Origin: Psilocybe cubensis
Lineage: Eukaryota
Assembly (NCBI GenBank): GCA_017499595.2
Contig: CM039000.1
Location: 2,728,001 to 2,792,000, forward strand
Length of the DNA: 64,000 bases
Direction of reading: 5' to 3'
The notes under the pieces were generated by a model. That model was not told where the DNA came from, ran no database searches, and was given only the letters and a program-made list of their open reading frames with translations. Made by a program: the position numbers and the translations under genes. Of this stretch, positions 12,357 through 26,009 are shown piece after piece (within the stretch, counting starts at the first letter, position 1; each line of letters starts with the position of its first letter).

Positions 12357-13025
12357 TCTTCTCCGACAAATACCATGCCTTCTACTGAACATCATGACAT
12401 CATCCCACTCATGGACCCTACGAAATCACACTCGCACGACCACATACGATACGAAGATAATCCACACGGAATGTAATAATTCAAATACTTTTTTCTCTCT
12501 GTTTCCATTTTACAATTACACCATACTGACACCTTACCGCATCTTCCTAATACCCATTGTATCTGCATACCGATTCTTCCTGTAGCAGTAGTCTACATAT
12601 ATATATAGCCCGCTGGACTAAGCATAATCTATATTAGTCGTCTTTTCCAACATTCATAAAGCACAGGAACCACCCCATTCTCAGGTTGTCCTGGTTCCTA
12701 TTCAAAGAAGATGCTCTAAGTGGGACTAAACGAGGGATCGGACGACAGGAGATCATTTCCCATCCCATTCTGACATGTCAATTAGCCCGGCCGATAAGAG
12801 TACAAGCTCCAAGGTCGCTCGAAATAACCTTGCACCAAGAAGACACTGAACTGACTAGTCTTTGCGCTCACGATAGCTAATTACATCTCACCGAATTACC
12901 GGTACAACACAAAAACAAATATTCCTTGTCAATAGAACGAAAAACAAGATAAAGAAAAAAACAAATAGAAAATATAGAAAATCCCACTAGATACGAACGA
13001 ACGAAGCGAAAAAAGAATAAAAAAA

Positions 13026-15024
13026 TCAACGGTCCCTCGACGGAGTGTTGCCTCTTCTCGGCGTGCCAGGCGTCTTGCGCGGCGTCGCAGGGACACTCGT
13101 CAGCCGTCTGTCCCCCACCGCCACCGCCCCGCTCTCTGCCGCCCGCTGCACCTCCTTCGCCGCCCGCCGTGCCGCATCCCCCACCATCGCCGCCGGCCTC
13201 TCCCGATCCACCCTCGACAGCGCACGGAGCAAGTCCAGCTGATCCGCCGGCCCCTTCATCGTCCCCGCCGGCGCAACATACGTCGCCAGCAGCCCCGCCG
13301 CCGTGCGCGGTGCAGCAGCCACCTCCCCGCCCTCCGTGTGCAGCACCGTCCGCGACGCCAGCTTCGCAGAAAGCAAGTCAAACCGCTCGTTCAGCGCCTT
13401 CTCCGCAATATTCGTCGTCATCCGCGCAGCTGACACGAATGCGAATATCTGGTCGACTTTGTACTCCAGCTCGGGCAGCCGCCGCTTCAGCTCCGCCTCT
13501 ATATCGCTCCTCGACATGTTCATCGACCCACGCCGCCCTGCTACCGCGCCGCCGCCGATCGGCCGCTCGTCGCCCACGGCGCGGTGCCCTAGCACAGATT
13601 TCGCGAGCGCGAGCGCGGGTCGGAATTCGGGTGAAATTTCGTGTTCTTGTGGGATGAAATAGCTTTCCATCTCGCTCAGGTCGCCCGTCGCCCGCCGTTT
13701 GCCCTTGGCTTTGGCGGAGAGTGCCCCAGGATCGAGTTGCACGGCCGCAGCGCGCTTCTCTAGGGAGCTTTGAAGTCCTTTAGTGTACGTATCATAACCA
13801 TATGATACCTTCTTCCAAGATTCCTCCTCCGCTTGAGCTCTAAAAACAGGATGATAAGCCATTAACCGCGATTTTTAACCGTGTAGAAAACTTACTGTTG
13901 GATATGCTGGGTATATCTGACCTCCCACTGTCGATTCCGCACGTTTTGTTCGTTTTCACGAAGATCTTCGGGCGGTCTCGTGCTACTGCTCGCAGCTTCT
14001 GGCTCGTATAAGCTGAGGTTTATTTCTTTCCCAGCCAACATACGAACCAGTCCTTCCTGAACACTTTTCAACACCTGCGCGCCTTGCGTGGATAACGGGG
14101 GCAGAGTCGGCGGAGGAGGTTTTGAGGAAGAAGATGAGGATGAGGATGTTGTAGATGACGGATTCGAGGCGGCTCTTAATGAACACCATATTAACAACTG
14201 TCGAAGACGTTCAGGTTCTGGTAGGTCACAATCAATATGTTTGTGAAAGCTACTCTCAGAGACAGAGTTGTGTGGTTGAGCTGCAAAAAATGAGATTTTA
14301 AAAGTTCCTACAAACACGAAAACACATGTTGAACATACTGATAATACCAGTGGCTTGGTACGAAGAACTAGTCCGTTTCCCTCTCCCATTGACAGAGCTC
14401 TTCCGCCGGTGCCCTGTCGGCCTCCCGTTAGCTTCGTACGCCTGCGACCGGTCGTTGTTGATCACAAGCAGCGACGAGTCAATGGTAGAGTGTACACGAG
14501 ACTGTCGTCGAAGCATGTCTGTCTCGTCCTCCATGGCTCTCACATCCATCTCCACCTCCGCATCCTCATTACGATCGTGGGTCGCTTTCGATGATTTAGA
14601 TTTGCTCGGAGGGCGTGTAATGGTCTCCGAGTCTGCTCGGAACTTCTTCGCTGGGTGTTTAGAAGGGCCAGCTTGCAGAGGCTGCGATGAATAACGGGTC
14701 GGTATTGATTCGGTGGTGTTTGAAGGAGCGGGCTGAGATAGTGTCGGCCCGATATCTCGGGGATGAACGATCAAGAGACCGCCATGACCATCGTCATTAT
14801 TCACTACACCCACTACAAAACAAACATCAGCATCTCTACGCGTTATTCGTTCGGGGCTGGCACACATACGCTTCCGCTTATTCGACGCGCTTTTGGCCTA
14901 AACATAAGCAGCAAATCTTATTAGCCAGTTGTTCTTTCGAAAAAAATGCGTATATCGTCAAAGAAATACGCGCCTCCTTCTTCGCTCTTTTTGCAGCGGC
15001 CGCATTTAACAGTGGATTCGACAT
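13026..15024 (-). CDS. Kinetochore MIND/Mis12 complex subunit Dsn1/Mis13-like
   Basis: RGKRTSS..GII/QPHNSVSESSFHKHIDCDLPEPERLRQLLIWC, NEQNVRN, EEESW resemble the fungal Mis13/Dsn1 core. Confidence 0.75.
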
Positions 15025-15349
15025 TTGAGGTGCGCTCGATGCGCGCGACAACGGCGGGAGAAGCTGAGCAGGGTTTGATGCATGGCTCCCACGGTCCGCA
15101 ATCAACAAGTCGCGTGACAGTAACGGTGACAACGCCTCAACACGGAAGTGCCACTGTCACGCACGCGTCTCGCTTGTTCCACCCACAACATCGTTTTGCT
15201 CACCCACAGTTGACATCTTTACATCGCTTATCAAATGTTCCGCCAAAAATTTCTGATTCATTCAGTGTATATAGGACCCAAAAGCTGGGTCCAGTTCAAC
15301 GTGGGCAGACTCAATAACCAAATATGAAAGGAATAAATGTATATTAAAT

Positions 15350-17780
15350 CTACGCTTTTTCTTCCGCTAATTTGGCTGCAGCCTTTGAGCGCGGAGGAGG
15401 GCGCAGACCCTTCGCTTTCATGCGCTTCCGTTTTGCCTCTACAAAATAATCAGATACAGCCATTCTAAAAGATTCACAAGTTGCATACCTTCAAGATAAG
15501 GAGCATCCTCAGATTCATCAAATCCTTGGAACTTGGGTGTTTCCTCAGGCACATCTGCCTTGAACGCATCGTCAACTATCACAGGCTCCGATTCCTCAGC
15601 ATCAGCCTTCGGTAGTGTCTTCGAGCGCTTCTCGACTTTGAACTTGGCAACATAGAAACCATCCATATTGTGCACGTGGGGGTAGAATCGTCTGGTGAGG
15701 TGTACACTGGGGTTGAACGTCTTTCCCCTATAAGAGGTGAAACCTTCGCGACCAAACTGCAGACCAGTATCGACGAGCTTCACATTAGGTCTTTTGCGCA
15801 GGGCATAGTCGACGACGGCCTCGTTCTCTTCCACAGTCACTGAGCAGGTCGAATAAACAAGGTATCCACCAGTTTTCGACTCTGGGCTAACACTATCGAT
15901 TGCACAAAGGATCAACTGCTTTTGAAGGTGGGACAGGAGGGTGAAGTCGCGTTCCGACTAGATATAAAGTCAACGAAGACATCGATAGAAAACATACGTC
16001 ACTGCGTACCTTGTTGATTTTTACGCTGGGGTCTTTGCTGATAACACCAGTTCCACTGCAGGGGGCATCCAACAACACTCGGTCAAATCCTCCCATAACC
16101 TTGGGGAATTCTCTTCCATCATATGAGCAAACGATCACATTCTTGCAACCTAGGCGGTGCACGTTGGCGGTCAAACTCTTCGTTCTGGCCTTGTTCGCGT
16201 CATTGGCAAAGACGACGCCAGTATTTTGCATCAGTGCAGCCATATGCGTTGTCTTTCCACCAGGAGCAGATGCCATATCAAGGACTCGTTCGTTGGGTTC
16301 AGGTGAGAGGGCAATGACGGGAAGGAAAGAAGAAGCGGCTTGCAGCATGTAATGTCCGGCGAGATATTCAGGCGTTGCACCGATTGGAACGTTACTCTCA
16401 AATACTTGGAGGCCCACATTCGTCCATTTCCCGATGGGCTCAAGATTCACACCACGGTTAACAAGACCTTGCGCCAAATCGCGCCGTCTTGTTTTGAGGG
16501 TATTTGTTCTGATTGTTACGGGGCGTGGTACTTCATTGGCCTCGAAAAACTCGATAGCCTGTTTAAATTTCAATAAACGCCAGAATCGGTGTTTAAACAC
16601 ATATAAAGCCTCACCTCATTGACAGGGAAAAGTAGGAAGAGCTTTTCAGCCAAGAATTCGTTATAACCGTAGTAGCTAGCGATGTCAGCGACGAGTTGAT
16701 CAATGTACTCAGAACGAGCTCTTCAAAAAAAGACTGTCAGTAAGTACAGTTACCAAATATCAAGGAAAACACGGATTTCTTACCGTCCTTTCTCGGCTCT
16801 TTTACTAAACTTTGCAAGCACACGCACGCACTCCCTCATGCGTCTTTGAACGAGATGCACATCAGGGCCTCCGCTAGCTTTCTCCTTCTCGCGTTCTTCT
16901 GCAGTTGGCAGGCGGAAGGGCTCAATATTCATATCACCATTAGCATCCTCCTCTGCATCCATATCCACATCGTCGTCGTCTTCCTCGGCAGCAGCTTGAG
17001 CTTCCGCTATGTCAAGTTCGGCTTCGGCAACAGCACGCGCCTCCAATTTCTGTGAACGCGCTGCCATATTCTTCATGGTTACACGCTCATATTCTTCCTC
17101 CTCGTCGGAATCTGAGCTAGATTGGTCTGACTGTGTTGGGATAATCTTTTTAGGACGTTCTGCCTGTTTCGATTTTTTGGATTTAGTAGGTGCAACTTGA
17201 ACTTCTTCCTCTTCATCATCGGACCCAAAGTCAAATTCTTGGGCTTCTCCCTCGAGATACTCATCGCTAAATAATTGTCAATAAAAAGTCAACCAGAAAA
17301 TGAGTGACGGAAGTGACAAACTTTTCTTCTCCCTCGTCAGATTCAAGATCATCGAGTCCACCAACAAATGCACCAGGTTCCTCTTCATCACTTTCGTTGA
17401 ACATGGGCCTATCAAAATGATTAATTTATTAAAGGATGGCTGCGTCAAAGTTTGGAGAAAACGCACCTCGAATGTGCCTGCAATTCCTCGTCGTCTTCCA
17501 CATCTTCCCATCCTTCAGAGCCATCTTCATCAGCATGTTCGGGAGCCTTTTTCTTTTTGCTAGTCTTCTGCGGCTTTTCCTTTGTTGAGGCCTTCTCTTT
17601 TCCTTTTCCTTTTCCATTCAGATCCTTGACCCTCTTCGTAGGCCGTGGACTCGGCTTTCCATCGTCTTGACCCTCATTGTCGGCATCAGCCTTGCGTTTT
17701 CCTAACTGTTTTTTGGAAGTCCATGTTTTGGAATCAAGTGATTCGGGCGGCGCCTGCTTGTTCTTTGCTCGGCGGCCCAT
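15350..17780 (-). CDS. NOP2: 25S rRNA m5C methyltransferase Nop2
   Basis: [58 protein letters not shown]. Confidence 0.96.
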
Positions 17781-18139
17781 AGTTTTGTATGAAGATTAAT
17801 GAAGGATCAACTGCTTCGAGCGAAACTCAGAACTTTGAAAAAAATAATTGAGTGACATATTGGCACGTGGGGGTGTTAGGAACTGACGAATTGATCAAAC
17901 AACAGCGGCAATACGGACCGCAAGACAGGGACCTACTTAGAGGGATCATTGCGGGGAAGGCATCAAGAGGGCATTCAACGCCAGACTCTGTCAAACTTCA
18001 ATGCACAGGCAACTTGATTTGCAAATGAAAGAGTTTATGTGGAAAGCAGATCTTTTAGTCATCATTCGTATGATTAACTCGATTTTCTATGCTGGTTTAC
18101 ATTAAATGCAATCTCAAATTGATTTCGTCCACTTGTCCT

Positions 18140-18949
18140 TTAGCCAATTCTCAGCCCCAGAACAAATCCAGCGACGAACGACGCCCTTGGCTGGAAATCG
18201 GCCGTCAAGAAGTCTATCATCCAATTCCAAAGCGAAAGAACATTGGGGGGTCTGGTTCCTCCCGCAGCATCTTTGGTGTAAAATAAATTCTCAAACTTGC
18301 TTGCGGCCTTGTTCCAATCGACGCGGACAAGCGATGCTGAGCCCATATACTATAGTCGACATGCGTCAGATATGATTGCGGATAACGATCTAAAAGAGTT
18401 CATATCACACACCTGGAGGAGGACGAAAACACCACCGAGGAACCACGCGACTGCTTTAGCACCTTTTTTGACAAACACTCCGGCGCATAACCCCACAACC
18501 GTGCCAAAGCTCAATTCATACAACGACACAGATGATACAGGAGGAGGGGGCCTATCGTCCGGGTAAATAGAGTCTGTTGCTTTCGGAGGTGGAGGTGCTG
18601 ACGAGATCCATTTACTGTAAGTCAAAGTCTACCTGCGCTGGGAAAAGTAATACTGACCATCACAGAAAACAGGTTCCTTCCGAAGAGTAGACAACCCAAT
18701 ACCAACTCCAGCAACAGCAATCCCTTTTGTTACGAAAGATAAGCTTGGACGATTCTGCCCAGCCTCGTGCAATGCCCTCCATATCGGAGAAGGGAAATTA
18801 CGGGAAGTAGTAGAGGCAAACCGGGAGCCAGAGGTTGAGAATGGCTTCAAGGTGGGGTGAGAGAACAATTGTCTAGCATTGGCACTTTTTCCGTTTGCTG
18901 CCGACGTCAGGCAGCGCCGTGATACGAGTGAAGGTAGGACGAATGCCAT
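18140..18949 (-). CDS. FUN14: FUN14/FUNDC-family mitochondrial outer membrane protein
   Basis: YELSFGTVVGLCAGVFVKKGAK..GGVFVLLQ/Y..VDW; C-terminal RASFVAGFVLGLRIG. Confidence 0.85.
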
Positions 18950-19212
18950 GGACGCAGCGTGTAAGTCAAGTTTTAAGTGTGTGTACCCGGGTTTTGAATT
19001 TGGGCAGCGAGCGCGACATCTTACGGGTGACGTCATCGACAACCTATGTCGTTCGCGGCCGTACGCATAGACGCTTTGATTTCGATTTTCTATTTACTAT
19101 CTTACATATTGGGATCCTTGATAAATTATTATTGAAGTTGACATCTCCAAAATGCTTTACTCTAAATTGCAAAGAAGAACTCGAATGGCAGTGTTAAATA
19201 TAACCAGCCATC

Positions 19213-21219
19213 TTACTCCCTTCCTTCAACACGGCGTCCTCCATTAACATGACGTGGTTCGGTTGCTTGTTGCCTCCAGTAGTTCACTGCATCCATCCGG
19301 TTACCGTTCGATGCTGCCCAATTATTCGGTGGTGGAGCGCTTCCAGTACGATACTCTCCATTCATTTGCGCACCCACCATCATTTGCCCGATCTGTTCGT
19401 GCAAGCTAGCAGTATCCAGAGAAGCCCCGTATCGCTGTACATTTCTCCCCTCAAACCTTGCTGGAGACGGTGGAAGCACAGGATGAGCCGGTAAAACCGC
19501 AGAGAGTGGTGTAACAGGCAGGTTACTGAATGATCCATGTTGGGGCGATGGTGATCGCGGAACCGAAGAGACGCTAGGGTTGCGACTGGGTTGAGGATGA
19601 GAGTGAGCATGCATGCTATCAGGGCTAGTCGGAGAGTCAAGAGAACGAGCCAGTGGAGATGGTGTGCGCATCATGAGGGCTTCACGCATTTGCATTGCCA
19701 TAGACTGTTGCTGATTTGACGCTATATTGTTGACAGGCGCAACGGGAGACGCTAACGGACTAGTAACACGAGGAGGGTAGTAGGCTGGACCTCTCCTCTG
19801 TGAATAACCAGGCTGGCTGGGCGGCTGAGGGAAATTCAGATTTAACCCATTACCAACATAACCAAGGCCAGGAGGAGGAGAAGAATAACCGGGTTGCATT
19901 TGATAGGGAGCATACTGTGATTGATTTGACATGACCGACATCGGAGTGCCTTGTCTTGACACTGGGTCGCTGAAGTACTGCTGAGTAGCTATCTGAGGTG
20001 CCTGTAACTGTTGCGCAGCTCGAGGTCGGGGAGCTGGAATCCTATTGCTGATATAATACCTTTGTCGAGTGGAGGCCCGGATATTCGACACAGTACTAGG
20101 GGCCATAGAACGAACAGATCCTGCAGGAGTTGCGGATCGGTAGTAGTTATTATAAGGACCTGGAGACATCTGTGTGCTGGCAATAGAAGGAATGGAGGGC
20201 GTCCGCACAGGACGAGCAGGCCTTTGAGGTGTCGCGGGGATATAGCTATAGGGTGTTATCCGCCCATTCTCAACGGGGTACGGGCGTGCGCTGCGAATAG
20301 AATTTTGCGTAGCTACTGCCTGCAAGGGTCCAACGTAGGATTTTTGGGAGTACGCTGAGCGATCTGACCCAAAAGAACTGGTGCTGAATCTTTTTTCGCG
20401 CTTTTCTGCCAGACTCAAAGCAAGCAGAGCTTCGGGATTTGGTCGCGGTTTCGGCTCTGGGATATAAGACATAGCAGCCAGATAGAATGCAAAAAGTAGG
20501 ACTAAAAAGTTCTTCAAATTTTCGGCAGATATGTTTAATAATTTGAAGGCTTACGAAGTCCTGAAAGTGACCAACTACCATAGATTGCTGCAGTTTGAAC
20601 TGTTTTGCAAGTTGATACTGGGCCTGAGTAATGGTTAGGTATGCTTATAGTAATGCCAGTTATTCTACTGACCAAGATTATTACATGGAATGTCCTGGTT
20701 AAAAAGAGCAAGGGCGACGGTCCCGCCTAGATAGAGAGTCAGAAGAAATACATTAAATTGTGATTATAGACTTGCCGACTTGGAAAAAAAGTAGAATTGC
20801 TATGCGGATGCCGTCCAGCCAAAGACGAAAGCGGAATATAAGCCTATACCATTTCATCGTTATACACAATTCACGTTTCCGATGAAATATGGTTACATTA
20901 GGTAGAACATGACGGAAGAGAGCGCATCGATCGTCACAAGGACGATAACGACAGTGCCTTGAACGCAAATGAAAGATGAGTCTGGGTGAAATTTCGAGGA
21001 GTCGATGTACTCACGTTGTTCGACATCGTACGACGCCCATCCTCGCACCAAAAGAACGGCATATACCGCCGTAAACCCAATACTAAGCATTGTGGACACG
21101 GCTTCAGGCTCTCATGTCAACGATGACTAGACAGTACCATTGAAAATATAAAGCATACATAGCACCAGGACGCGAACCATCTTAAAGATCGACCATGATC
21201 TAGCATTATTGACCGCCAT
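19213..21219 (-). CDS. Tetraspan (MARVEL-like) membrane protein A with long Pro/Ser/Gln-rich tail, 7 exons
   Basis: Spliced MAVNNARSWSIFKMVRVLVL/SVSTMLSIGF../RTVVIVLV../LIFRFRLWLDGIRIAILLFFQV/GGTVALALFNQDIPCNNL/GPVSTCKTVQTAAIYGSWSLSGL/LLLFAFY joined to the 434-aa ORF. Confidence 0.75.
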
Positions 21220-21922
21220 TGCTTATTCTGCTCCGATAGCAGGGTATCCCAACCAAAAAAGAAAAATAGAAAAGAACGTGCGGGTACCCAAGAAAAATAA
21301 ACGAATGAGAGAAAGAGAAGAAAAGAGCCACCAGGACGACGAAAAGGTCGAGAGCAGCCAAAGAACGACTCTGAACCGTTTCAAAGAAAAGAAAAGGCGA
21401 GAAAAAAGGGTGACACATATTCACCGCAGGCCATTCTTATGAGAGGCCATTCTCAGTGGGAAAGCTATGATTCATATGCACAGAAGATGATCCTGATTGA
21501 CGATTGACAAGACAGATCTGCCTACTGCTATTCTTGCTGCACAGCGGCAGTGTGAATGTGGCAGATGGATAGGTTTCGTGCATACACAGGACGGAATTAA
21601 TCAGGGCGCTGGCTGCCAGGTGGGTTTATCTGAGACTCGGCAGAGAATGTCCAAAGAAACGGTAGACTGGTAGTAACCATGAAAGCGCGAATGGTATTGA
21701 GAGGAGGACAAGGTCGCGAGCAGTTCCTAGATGACGATGATGAACGAAAGAGAAGGCCTAAAATTAGACAGGGGCTCAAAGAATTCTCACGGTCGCAACA
21801 CGCCCTTGGGACTTGGGCTAACCAACTTTAACTGTGCCATGATTGTCTATAAAGAACTCGTTCTGACAGCGCTCGTGCCCCCCTCCCTACCAAACTGGAG
21901 GCCAGCGCCCGCGTCTTGACAT

Positions 21923-22714
21923 ATGTCAGAACAACAACCTCTCCTCCCGGCCCATAATTCTCCATACGATGACCGCGGCGAGTCAGAGTCGCAAGGAGAC
22001 AAAGGCCGCTTGACTGAATTTCGCACCAAGACGGCCCATGTACTCGAGCACCCGACACTGCATAAAGTAGTAATCACCCTGGTACGTTATCTCCTAGTTT
22101 CATCGTCCAACTCCCAACCGACGTCCTTGTCCATCTCAAACAATCGTTCGGTAAAAATAGATCACCGTGGACGCCATCTGTGTGCTTGCAGATCTAGCGT
22201 ACAGTTTCCTATCGCCCACTTGTGCGCCTCCTGGCGAAGGCGATAACCCGGAATGGCTTGAGGTTCTCTCTCATATTTCGCTGGCCATCACCACTCTTTT
22301 CCTGATTGAAATTCCGCTCAATCTGTGGGCCTTTGGCCCGCAACACATAAATCCCTTTGGACCAGTCCCTCATGCAGGGTTACATGCGTTTGATTCCATC
22401 ATTATCTTGACAACATTTGTCCTGGAGGTCATACTCCGTGGAAAAGAAAGAGAGCTGGCCGGATTGCTTGTCATACTTCGTCTGTGGAGGCTTGTCAAGT
22501 TGGTCGGAGGTAGACATTTCTAATCAGTTACTCAATTTCAGTGTGCTAAAGAACTTTGCTAGGAGTGGCCGTGGGCGCGGGGGAACTCGAGGAAGAAACA
22601 GCTAAGGAACTGGAAGAAATGAAAGCCGAACTTGACAAAGTCAGAGCGGAGCTAAACGACACCTTGAAAGAAAACGCAATCCTCAAGGCAAGGCTTCAAC
22701 AAATACAAGAATAA
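21923..22714 (+). CDS. HVCN1: Voltage-gated proton channel Hv1
   Basis: S1 Asp (ITVDAICVLADL), S2 FLIE, S3 FDS, S4 LRLWRLVK, C-terminal coiled coil, no pore domain. Confidence 0.88.
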
Positions 22715-22887
22715 TGGACTTGGATTTCTATTTGCTGCAAGGATACTAAAGTTACATGGGATAATACAGTAATTAGGATGTGCCGATGATAGTAATATCG
22801 TTGAAAGCCTGGTCCATATGCCATTTGCTCTCGTGTCATAAGATGCTAAATGTCCCAAAAAAAATGTAGTCGTTAGCGTGCCCAGTC

Positions 22888-24200
22888 TCAGAGGCGTATG
22901 GGATCAGCTCTGATCCATTCGGATAGTCGGGGAAGAGGAATAGGCTTGTCATCGTCTGTAACAGACAGTGGGAAAGAGCTCTTGTGCGCATGGTAATGCG
23001 TTGTGTACTGGGCCGGGCTCTCCGACCTCGCCAAAACTCCAGACTCGCGGAATTTCTCAACGTATCGTGAGCCTGCGACACCAACGCCTGCAGTGCGGTC
23101 CGGGAACGATGGGAAGCTCAAGTCGAAGGACGTGTGCGCGATGGGGTTCAAAGTAGGAGAGGTACGAGTAGACGAGGCTGAGCCTTGCGGTCTGGCAAAC
23201 GGATGGTCAATGCCGCGGCGAATATTCGTCGGTGCCCATGGGGTCGATTCCTCAATCGAATCACGAATGGGATACGCTTTCTTTCTCCCAGAAGTAGACT
23301 CGATATCCTCGTAGAAGGCACTGTATGGATCTTCGTCGTCCGAATAGGGTTTGGTTTGGAAGAAGTCCCGAACAACTTTATCTTTGTTCGGAGATGCGCG
23401 ATTTTGTCCGAACCAATCTATCGTGTATACGGTTTGCCTCCAGATATGGGGATATGAGTCTTTGTGAACGAGGGTTGAAATAGCCAATGTCAAGAAATAT
23501 GCGAGAGCTATGAGGAACTAAATTAGATACAATGGCGAATATACCGTTAGCGACTTACAAAGAACGCTACTGAGCCATGACGATGGCACTAGGAGCAGAG
23601 AAGACGTGCATGCGCCCGAATTGGTTATAGAAATAGATTCAACACCATTGAACTCGTTGAGATTCGGGTGGCATGCATCAAGACCGTTGACGGTGGCACT
23701 GAGGGCTCCAGCTATACCAGTGTTAGACTAGGAAGGAAGCCTGAGGGACGAAATAGCATACCTAACTGGAAGAAACTCATTAACCCCACCCAACCACATT
23801 CTATGAAAGTGCGGGAAATCTGATGTCTAGGGCGAAAAAATTCCGCTAGGGCACTGTATAGACAATCAATAAGAATGTTGGTGGCGAAAACTAGGGTGAT
23901 CGCACTTACAATATGATACATAGAAGGAACAATGAGCTCTCGAACGCGATAAAGATCGAGGATGCAGGTGTTGACGGTGCCGTGTTGATGTTCCATGAAG
24001 CGAAAATGAGAGTAAGGAAAGCGAGGTTGCCTAAAAGAGCTAATGGGAGCGCGTTTTCAAGGTGAGCCATAACAATTTAGGGTTCGAAGAACACAACACG
24101 CACTGAGGAGAACCAAACGAAAGATTAGAAAGGGGTTTCGTAGCAGGTGGCTCGTGAGAGGGGTCTCGATAAGACCAGACTCTGCATGTTGGAAAGACAT
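22888..24200 (-). CDS. Tetraspan (MARVEL-like) membrane protein B, 5 exons
   Basis: MSFQHAESG..FLIFRLVLL/TLLGNLAFLTLIFASWN../ALAEFF..RTFIECGWVGLMSFFQL/AGALSATV..C..GACTSSLLLVPSSW../SLAYFLTLAI plus cytosolic tail. Confidence 0.75.
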
Positions 24201-24768
24201 CGTAAAGGGATAATACAAGCAGATAGAATTGGTTCGTTCTAGAGAGTTCTTAGCAAGCAAAGGATACTATCGACCAGCGGGCTGCGTGAATTGAGGCGAA
24301 AGGGAAGAGACAGAATACAAAATCAAGACGAAACGAGCCTGCAGATAAAGCAAACAGAAGAGCAGTGGCCCGAATCCTTTGTCCAGCCAGTGACGGGGGA
24401 AGAGATCAATGGTTCGGTTTGGCATCCCTTTATGAAGCATACCGGGTCGGCCCTTACTTGATGGGACACGGTGGCATTCTGCCGCTATGTGGGAGCCAAG
24501 AAGGCGCTGGCTGAGTGGAACAATGCCCAAAAAAATTTCTCATAGCGCTGCATCTCGAGTACAAGGCCATTGTGTGTCGAACAATAAGAGCTGCATTTAC
24601 CTAACAGACCGCGTGGTTACCCATCAACTCGCCAGTTCAAACTAGGCGCTCACGCTGGGGTTAGGGTTTCGGTGATCGCCGACGAGCGACTTGGGACACG
24701 CGTCTCGTGCTCGACGCGTAATGCAAGAAAGGACTTTGCTCTAGCTCTACTATCATACCACCACAACC

Positions 24769-25472
24769 ATGGAGACTTCCTTCGCAATCACCGGAAAGGG
24801 CTACCTCATTATGGCTGCAGACACAACAGCGGCCAGGTCCATCGTCAAAATGAAGGTCGACGAGGACAAAATCAAGACCCTCAGTCCCCATCTTCTCATG
24901 GCCTATTCAGGAGAGCCAGGCAAGCCCAGCAACCCTCTGCGCCCCGCAAGGCCACGCTAACAGATCGTACAGGAGACACCGTGCAATTCGCCGAATACGT
25001 CGAGCGCAACATCCGTTTATACCAGATCAGAAACCTATACGCCCTCCGTCCCTCGGCAGCTGCATCATGGATCCGCAGGGCTCTTGCAACCTCACTGAGA
25101 TCCCGAAAGCCATACTCCGTCAACCTTCTTCTCGGCGGCTATGACACTGCAACACACGACCCACATCTGTACTGGATTGATTATCTCGGCACCATGTCAG
25201 AGGTGCCGTTCGCCGCTCACGGTTACGGTGCCTATTTCGCACTGAGTTTGCTCGATCGGTGAGCTGTGCACTTTGTTTTGCTTCTTCTTTCACACGTGCT
25301 TATTTGTATTTCTTATCTACACAGGTATCACGACCCAGAGGCTACTCTCGAAGAGGGTCTTGCCACGCTAAGACGCTGCCTTGACGAGGTGGCGAAGCGT
25401 CTCGTGGTAAGCCCTGGAAAGTACAAAGTCAAGATTGTAGACAAGGATGGCATCCGCGAAGTTGATCTGTAA
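24769..25472 (+). CDS. PRE1: 20S proteasome beta-4 subunit
   Basis: [55 protein letters not shown]. Confidence 0.95.
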
Positions 25473-26009
25473 ATTCGTTGTGTATCATGTATTTTTTCTC
25501 TCTTTGCTACTACCCCTTCATTTCATTTCATTTCATTCCAGTACAGAATCACTGCCGTTGGCATTTGTCAAATTTGCCATGTGTGACTTCTTTGATTCCA
25601 GTGTAGATTTAATATCTCTTACATCCGCACCCTTGATCTAATCGCTGACTTCGGCATGTGGATCAATCGTCCTCGTTTAAAGTATCATCCATTCAGGAAT
25701 CATATCAAACCCTCGGGAAGCCAAATGACACTTTTACTGATACAGTTCATCCAAACTATGGTTATACAGATTATCCCATACACCCCAGAGTAAAAGATCG
25801 TTCAACAACATGGTACAAGAAAGTACAAATACTGATACATACACCGTAAGTAACGTTAGTGATAAAGACAAATGAAGGTCATCCAGTGAAAGAGTGAAAG
25901 TGGGCAAGATGCATGCATCTTGGTGCTAGCTAGCTAGTAATAGTAGACGTTCTATGTATGATAGCGAAGAGGAAATGTTCAACTGAACGCCCCCGTCGAG
26001 CGGAGCACG

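Noticed and set aside
6385-13662. Long plus-strand ORFs (e.g. 6385-6912, 9559-9921, 10369-10749, 13169-13657)
   Set aside because: Antisense shadows of GC-rich, codon-biased minus-strand exons; no independent motifs
15162-15172. CACGCGTCTCG shared with 24697-24707 (MCB-like)
   Set aside because: An 11-bp match between unrelated promoters is too weak without conservation data
24657-24670. TTAGGG/telo-box-like word upstream of PRE1 (similar at about 51412)
   Set aside because: Single copies, expected by chance; not a telomeric array
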